NCBI GenBank assembly: GCA_021851325.1
Contig: JAJZDZ010000011.1
Location: 7,424 to 71,423 of the forward strand
Origin: Pseudomonadota bacterium
GTDB taxonomy: Bacteria; Pseudomonadota; Alphaproteobacteria; Micropepsales; Micropepsaceae
Length of the DNA stretch: 64,000 nucleotides
Direction of reading: 5' to 3'
Under the pieces are notes generated by a model that was not told the origin of the DNA, searched no databases, and saw nothing but the letters and a program-made list of their open reading frames with translations. How positions within the stretch are numbered: the first letter of the stretch is position 1; each line of letters begins with the position of its first letter. This document shows, in pieces, positions 60,221 to 64,000 of the stretch. The position numbers and the translations under genes were made by a program.

Positions 60221-60475
60221 CTAGTGGCCAACCTGTTCCTTGGGCTCTTTGGCCATCGCCTCCGTCCGCTCCGGCTCACGATGTTCACTGACAAGAACAC
60301 GTGGCGGGGGCTGACTTGGGCGTGGTTCGTCGTTGGTGTCTTCCTTCAGGCCTTCGCGGAAATTCTTGATGCCCTTGGCCACGTCTCCCATCAGATCCGA
60401 TACCCGACCGCGCCCGAAGAAAATAAACACCACAAGCGCCAGGACCAAAAGATGCGGGATGCTGAACCAGTCCAT
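60221..60475 (-). CDS. tatA: Twin-arginine translocase subunit TatA
   Basis: From ATG 60475 the sequence reads MDWFSIPHLLVLALVVFIFFGRGRVSDLMGDVAKGIKNFREG. The longer ORF-track version is an upstream extension. Confidence 0.88.
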   Translation of the reverse strand: MDWFSIPHLLVLALVVFIFFGRGRVSDLMGDVAKGIKNFREGLKEDTNDEPRPSQPPPRVLVSEHREPERTEAMAKEPKEQVGH

Positions 60476-60587
60476 CGTCTTCTCCTCACGACCCCGTTCA
60501 GGGTCTTCGATAGCGTCGGGCTTAGACCCTCTGTGTGGCAGGTGCAAGCATTGCCCGCAGCGAGCGAACCAAGCCCCCGGCCAAGGT

Positions 60588-62111
60588 CTAGAGCAGGCTG
60601 ATCTCGCCTTTGCGGCCAAACGCCGCCGCGAGTGCCGACAGACGCTTGGGAACCGGATCCGATACCATGGCCTGCCGGCTGGCCGGCACCTGTAAAAATA
60701 GGCGTCCGGGCGTAAGTTTAAAGCGGTAATGGACAAGTTCACCGGTGGCGCAGCCGGAGAGCGCAAAGCCCAGCCGGGCGACCAGCCCCATACGCCGCGC
60801 CAGATTCTGATCCTCAGCCGTCAAGAGGTCATGGGCACCGCGGCCCAAAGGCAGGTCGTCATCGCCCTTGTAGCGGTGGAACACGGTGGTGGCCAGGATC
60901 GCCCGATCGCGATGGCTGGCCCCGGCAAAGGGGGCGGTCAGCACCTCCTCGAAACTGCCGAGCGCCCGATCATCCGGGTGACGACGCCAGCCAATATCGG
61001 AAAAATCGCAGGCCGCCCGGCGCAGGCGCTGGCTGGCCTCGCTCTCCCCCTCGAACAGGACCTGGCTAAAGGCAAAGAGTTCGGCCGCATGCGCCGGGGC
61101 CCGGCTCATGCGCTGATTGGCAGCAGCGGAGAACTCGAGCAGCGGATCCTTCTCGCGCTCCTCGCGCGACAGCGCCCCATGCAGCAGGCCTTCCCGCAGA
61201 CCATAGGCCGAAATCACCACATCCTTGAGCCCGGTCAGCAACAGCAGCCGTTCGAGCACCACCGCACCATAAGGCAGCGCTTCGGCGCGCCGCCGCGAGA
61301 TCACCCCCATCTTGTCGAGCGTCTTGCGGGACAGACCGGACAGCGCCCGGCACAGCTTGAGCGCCCGGGCCGCCGGAATGGTGTAGTGATGCAGCACGTG
61401 CAGCGGATAGGTTTCACGATCCATGTCGACGCGGGCAAGGGCCCGCCAGGTTCCGCCAACCGCGTAAAAGGAGCGCCCCTTCAGCGATGGCAGCGCCTCA
61501 AGTCCCTTGAGACCGGCATCGACAATCGCCCGGGCCCGCTCAGGATCCTGACGCGCCGCATCCATCAGCCGCAGGGGACCGAACGGCAGCGTCATCGCAC
61601 TACCGGTCGCTCCGCTGCCCACCGCCACCATGTCAAGACTGCCACCCCCCAGGTCACCAACCAGGCCCACCGCATCCGGGATTCCCGCAAGCACACCCTC
61701 CGCGGCCACCCGCGCTTCCTCCTCGCCGGAGAGGACACGAATGGGGCTACCCCAGGCGGCTTCTGCGGCGGCGATGAACTGCGGCCCGTTGGTGGCATCG
61801 CGGGCCGCCGCCGTGGCCACGGCGATGCGATGACGGATGCCAAAGGAATCCGCGAGCAGGCGAAAGCGCGACAAAGCCTCGAGGGCCATCGCAATACCGC
61901 CGTCATGCAGTCTGTGGGTCGTCACCATGTTGCGGCCGATGCCGCAAATGGACTTTTCATTGTGGAGGATCGCTGCCGTGCGCTGCAGCGTTTCATAGGT
62001 GACAAGACGCACCGAGTTGGAGCCGATATCCACGATGGCAACCGGACCGCGCGCCCGGCCGAGGCCTACGGCGCGGGGCACACTCGACTGGGCAATGGCA
62101 CCTACATCCAC
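60588..62111 (-). CDS. ppx: Exopolyphosphatase (Ppx/GppA family)
   Basis: It has the ASKHA-fold phosphate loop (VAIVDIGSNSVRLV) and DLGGGSLD. The GTG start lies 3 nt after the ppk stop. Confidence 0.9.
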   Translation of the reverse strand: MDVGAIAQSSVPRAVGLGRARGPVAIVDIGSNSVRLVTYETLQRTAAILHNEKSICGIGRNMVTTHRLHDGGIAMALEALSRFRLLADSFGIRHRIAVATAAARDATNGPQFIAAAEAAWGSPIRVLSGEEEARVAAEGVLAGIPDAVGLVGDLGGGSLDMVAVGSGATGSAMTLPFGPLRLMDAARQDPERARAIVDAGLKGLEALPSLKGRSFYAVGGTWRALARVDMDRETYPLHVLHHYTIPAARALKLCRALSGLSRKTLDKMGVISRRRAEALPYGAVVLERLLLLTGLKDVVISAYGLREGLLHGALSREEREKDPLLEFSAAANQRMSRAPAHAAELFAFSQVLFEGESEASQRLRRAACDFSDIGWRRHPDDRALGSFEEVLTAPFAGASHRDRAILATTVFHRYKGDDDLPLGRGAHDLLTAEDQNLARRMGLVARLGFALSGCATGELVHYRFKLTPGRLFLQVPASRQAMVSDPVPKRLSALAAAFGRKGEISLL

Positions 62112-62114
62112 GTC

Positions 62115-64000
62115 TCAGCCGCCCTTCGGTGAAACTGCATTTCGCCCGATCTGGTCTTTCTGGCCATCGATTTTAAGCGCCCGCCCCCGTCCGGACAATG
62201 ACGGATTGGTCATGAAGTAGGTATGTGCACAAAATGCCTCTGGATCGGCAGCGCCTGGATCACGGGTATAGGTCGCATCGGCATTCATGCTCCAGCTCTG
62301 CGCCCGATCCTTGAGCAGCGCGACCAGAATCTGGTCGAGGATCTGTTCATGAACCGTGGGATTTTCGATCGGCACGAGTGCCTCGACCCGCCGGTCAAGA
62401 TTGCGCGGCATCCAGTCGGCCGAGGAAATGAAAAGCTTGGCCTTCGGCGATGGCAGGGCATGGCCATTGCCGAAGCAGACGATGCGTCCATGCTCCAGAA
62501 AACGTCCGACGATCGATTTGACCTCAATGTTCTCTGACAGTCCGGCAACCTGTGGGCGCAGGCAACAGATGCCGCGGATGATGAGACGGATCTGAACCCC
62601 GGCGCCGCTCGCACGGTAAAGGGCATCGATGATGCCCGGATCGACGAGACTGTTGAGCTTGGCCCAGATCGTCGCCGGACGGCCGCTCCTGGCGTGGGCG
62701 ATTTCCTCGTCGATGCACGCCATCAGCTTGTTGCGCAGGTTGAGGGGTGACACCGAGATCTTCTCGAGCCCCACCGGCTCGGCATAGCCGGTGATGAAAT
62801 TGAACAGCTGCGCAGCATCGCGGCCGAGTACCGGATCGGCAGAAAAGAGCGACAGATCGGTGTAAACCTTGGCGGTGACCGCGTGATAATTGCCGGTACC
62901 AAAATGCACATAGGTCCTCAGCACGCCGCCCTCGCGCCGTACCACCAGGCTGACTTTGGCGTGGGTCTTCAGCTCGATGAAGCCATAGACGACCTGCACC
63001 CCGGCCCGCTCCAGATCGCGCGCCCATTTGATATTGGCTTCTTCATCGAAACGGGCTTTCAGTTCGACCAGCGCCGTGACCGATTTTCCTGCTTCCGCCG
63101 CCTCGATCAGAGCCTTGATGATCGGAGAGTCCTGGGAGGTTCGATAAAGCGTCTGCTTGATCGCCACCACGTCCGGATCTGCCGCCGCCTGGCGCAGAAA
63201 CTGGACCACGACATCAAAGCTTTCAAAGGGGTGGTGAACGACGATGTCCTTGGCCCGGATGGCGGCAAAACAGTCCCCGCCATGATCACGGATGCGCTCG
63301 GGATAGCGGGCGATATAGGGCGGGAAAAGCAGCTCCGGCCGATCATCTAGGATCAGCTGCCTGGTGTCGGCAAGACCGAGGAGATGATCCACGAGCACAA
63401 GTTCGGCACCTTTGAGCTTCTGCTCATCTGCGATGAAATCACGCAGGTTCTCCGGCATCGCCGCGCTGCATTCCATGTGAATGACCGAACCTCTGCGGCG
63501 ACGCTTAAGCAAGGTCTCGAACAGGCGCACGAGGTCTTCGGCCTCTTCCTCCACTTCGACATCGCTGTCGCGGATCAGACGCAACAGGCCAGAACCCATC
63601 ACCGTGTGACCGGGAAACAATCGATCAAGGTAAAGACCGAGCACATGCTCAAGAGAAAGAAAGCGGGCCTCCGGTCCGGACAGGCGGATAAACCGCTGCA
63701 ACTGTGCCGGCACCGGCAACAGCGCATTGATCTGATTGCCATCACGCTTGCGCAACAATTGCAGAGCGAGCGTGAAGCCGAGATTGGGAATAAAGGGAAA
63801 GGGGTGCGCCGGGTCGAGGGCCAGAGGGGTCAGCACCGGGAAGACCTGCTCACGGAAATAGACGTCGAGCAGAGCGTGATCCGCCGCGTTCAGCTCCTCC
63901 GGCTTCAACAGCCAGATTCCGGCGGCGCGCAGCTCCTTGCAGAGTTCAAACCAGATCTCCTGCTGATCGGCGATCAGGGCCGCAGCGACTTCATCGACCC
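62115..64000 (-). CDS. ppk: Polyphosphate kinase 1 (5-prime end beyond the window edge)
   Basis: It has PPK1 motifs ([15 protein letters not shown], the two PLD-like regions [10 protein letters not shown] and HAKV, and VGRFLEH). The reading frame stays open to position 64000, so the N-terminus is missing. Confidence 0.92.
   Translation of the reverse strand, partial: VDEVAAALIADQQEIWFELCKELRAAGIWLLKPEELNAADHALLDVYFREQVFPVLTPLALDPAHPFPFIPNLGFTLALQLLRKRDGNQINALLPVPAQLQRFIRLSGPEARFLSLEHVLGLYLDRLFPGHTVMGSGLLRLIRDSDVEVEEEAEDLVRLFETLLKRRRRGSVIHMECSAAMPENLRDFIADEQKLKGAELVLVDHLLGLADTRQLILDDRPELLFPPYIARYPERIRDHGGDCFAAIRAKDIVVHHPFESFDVVVQFLRQAAADPDVVAIKQTLYRTSQDSPIIKALIEAAEAGKSVTALVELKARFDEEANIKWARDLERAGVQVVYGFIELKTHAKVSLVVRREGGVLRTYVHFGTGNYHAVTAKVYTDLSLFSADPVLGRDAAQLFNFITGYAEPVGLEKISVSPLNLRNKLMACIDEEIAHARSGRPATIWAKLNSLVDPGIIDALYRASGAGVQIRLIIRGICCLRPQVAGLSENIEVKSIVGRFLEHGRIVCFGNGHALPSPKAKLFISSADWMPRNLDRRVEALVPIENPTVHEQILDQILVALLKDRAQSWSMNADATYTRDPGAADPEAFCAHTYFMTNPSLSGRGRALKIDGQKDQIGRNAVSPKGG

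Noticed and set aside
58835-60601. A 588-aa plus-strand ORF spanning the tat region.
   Set aside because: It is antisense to clear tatC, tatB and tatA genes. Its translation is R/G/H/Q-rich and low in complexity, with no motifs. This is a typical shadow ORF of a high-GC genome with strong codon bias.
60729-62132. A 467-aa plus-strand ORF.
   Set aside because: It is antisense to ppx. It is a shadow ORF.

Overview
This is a high-GC, gene-dense chromosomal segment of an alphaproteobacterium. The conserved gene strings look Hyphomicrobiales/Rhizobiales-like: uvrC-pgsA-moaD-moaE, ybjN-proC, lgt-methyltransferase-pgeF, cyclophilin-coaD-gyrA-ssb, yajC-secD, nlpD-pcm-surE-serS-tatCBA and ppx-ppk. 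That placement is inferred from remembered synteny; nothing was searched. I call about 60 protein-coding genes, most of them housekeeping. I saw no rRNA, tRNA, CRISPR array, transposase, integrase or phage genes. Two patches look accessory. (1) About 13 kb sits between ssb and uvrA. It holds two divergent secreted S9 prolyl-oligopeptidase-family enzymes, a PepSY membrane protein, a PaiB-like protein, an AraC regulator, an HSL-type esterase, a TonB-dependent receptor and an APC amino-acid permease. (2) Between uvrA and trmFO there is a multi-pass membrane protein next to four tandem amidase-signature genes. The first two amidase genes are a near-identical 1,429-bp tandem duplication with a chimeric junction. 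I did not recognise a defined new multi-gene system: there is no defence-, secretion- or biosynthetic-cluster-like architecture. The amidase array and the ssb/uvrA insert are the best leads. Smaller observations are a GTTC-N7-GTTC LexA box kept on the uvrA side only, a perfect 20-bp palindrome, CACGTG palindromic repeats, secD without an adjacent secF, and glnD followed directly by trpS. All product calls come from reading the translated ORFs, with motifs quoted. Start codons were re-chosen by eye wherever the longest ORF in the track overlapped a neighbouring gene.
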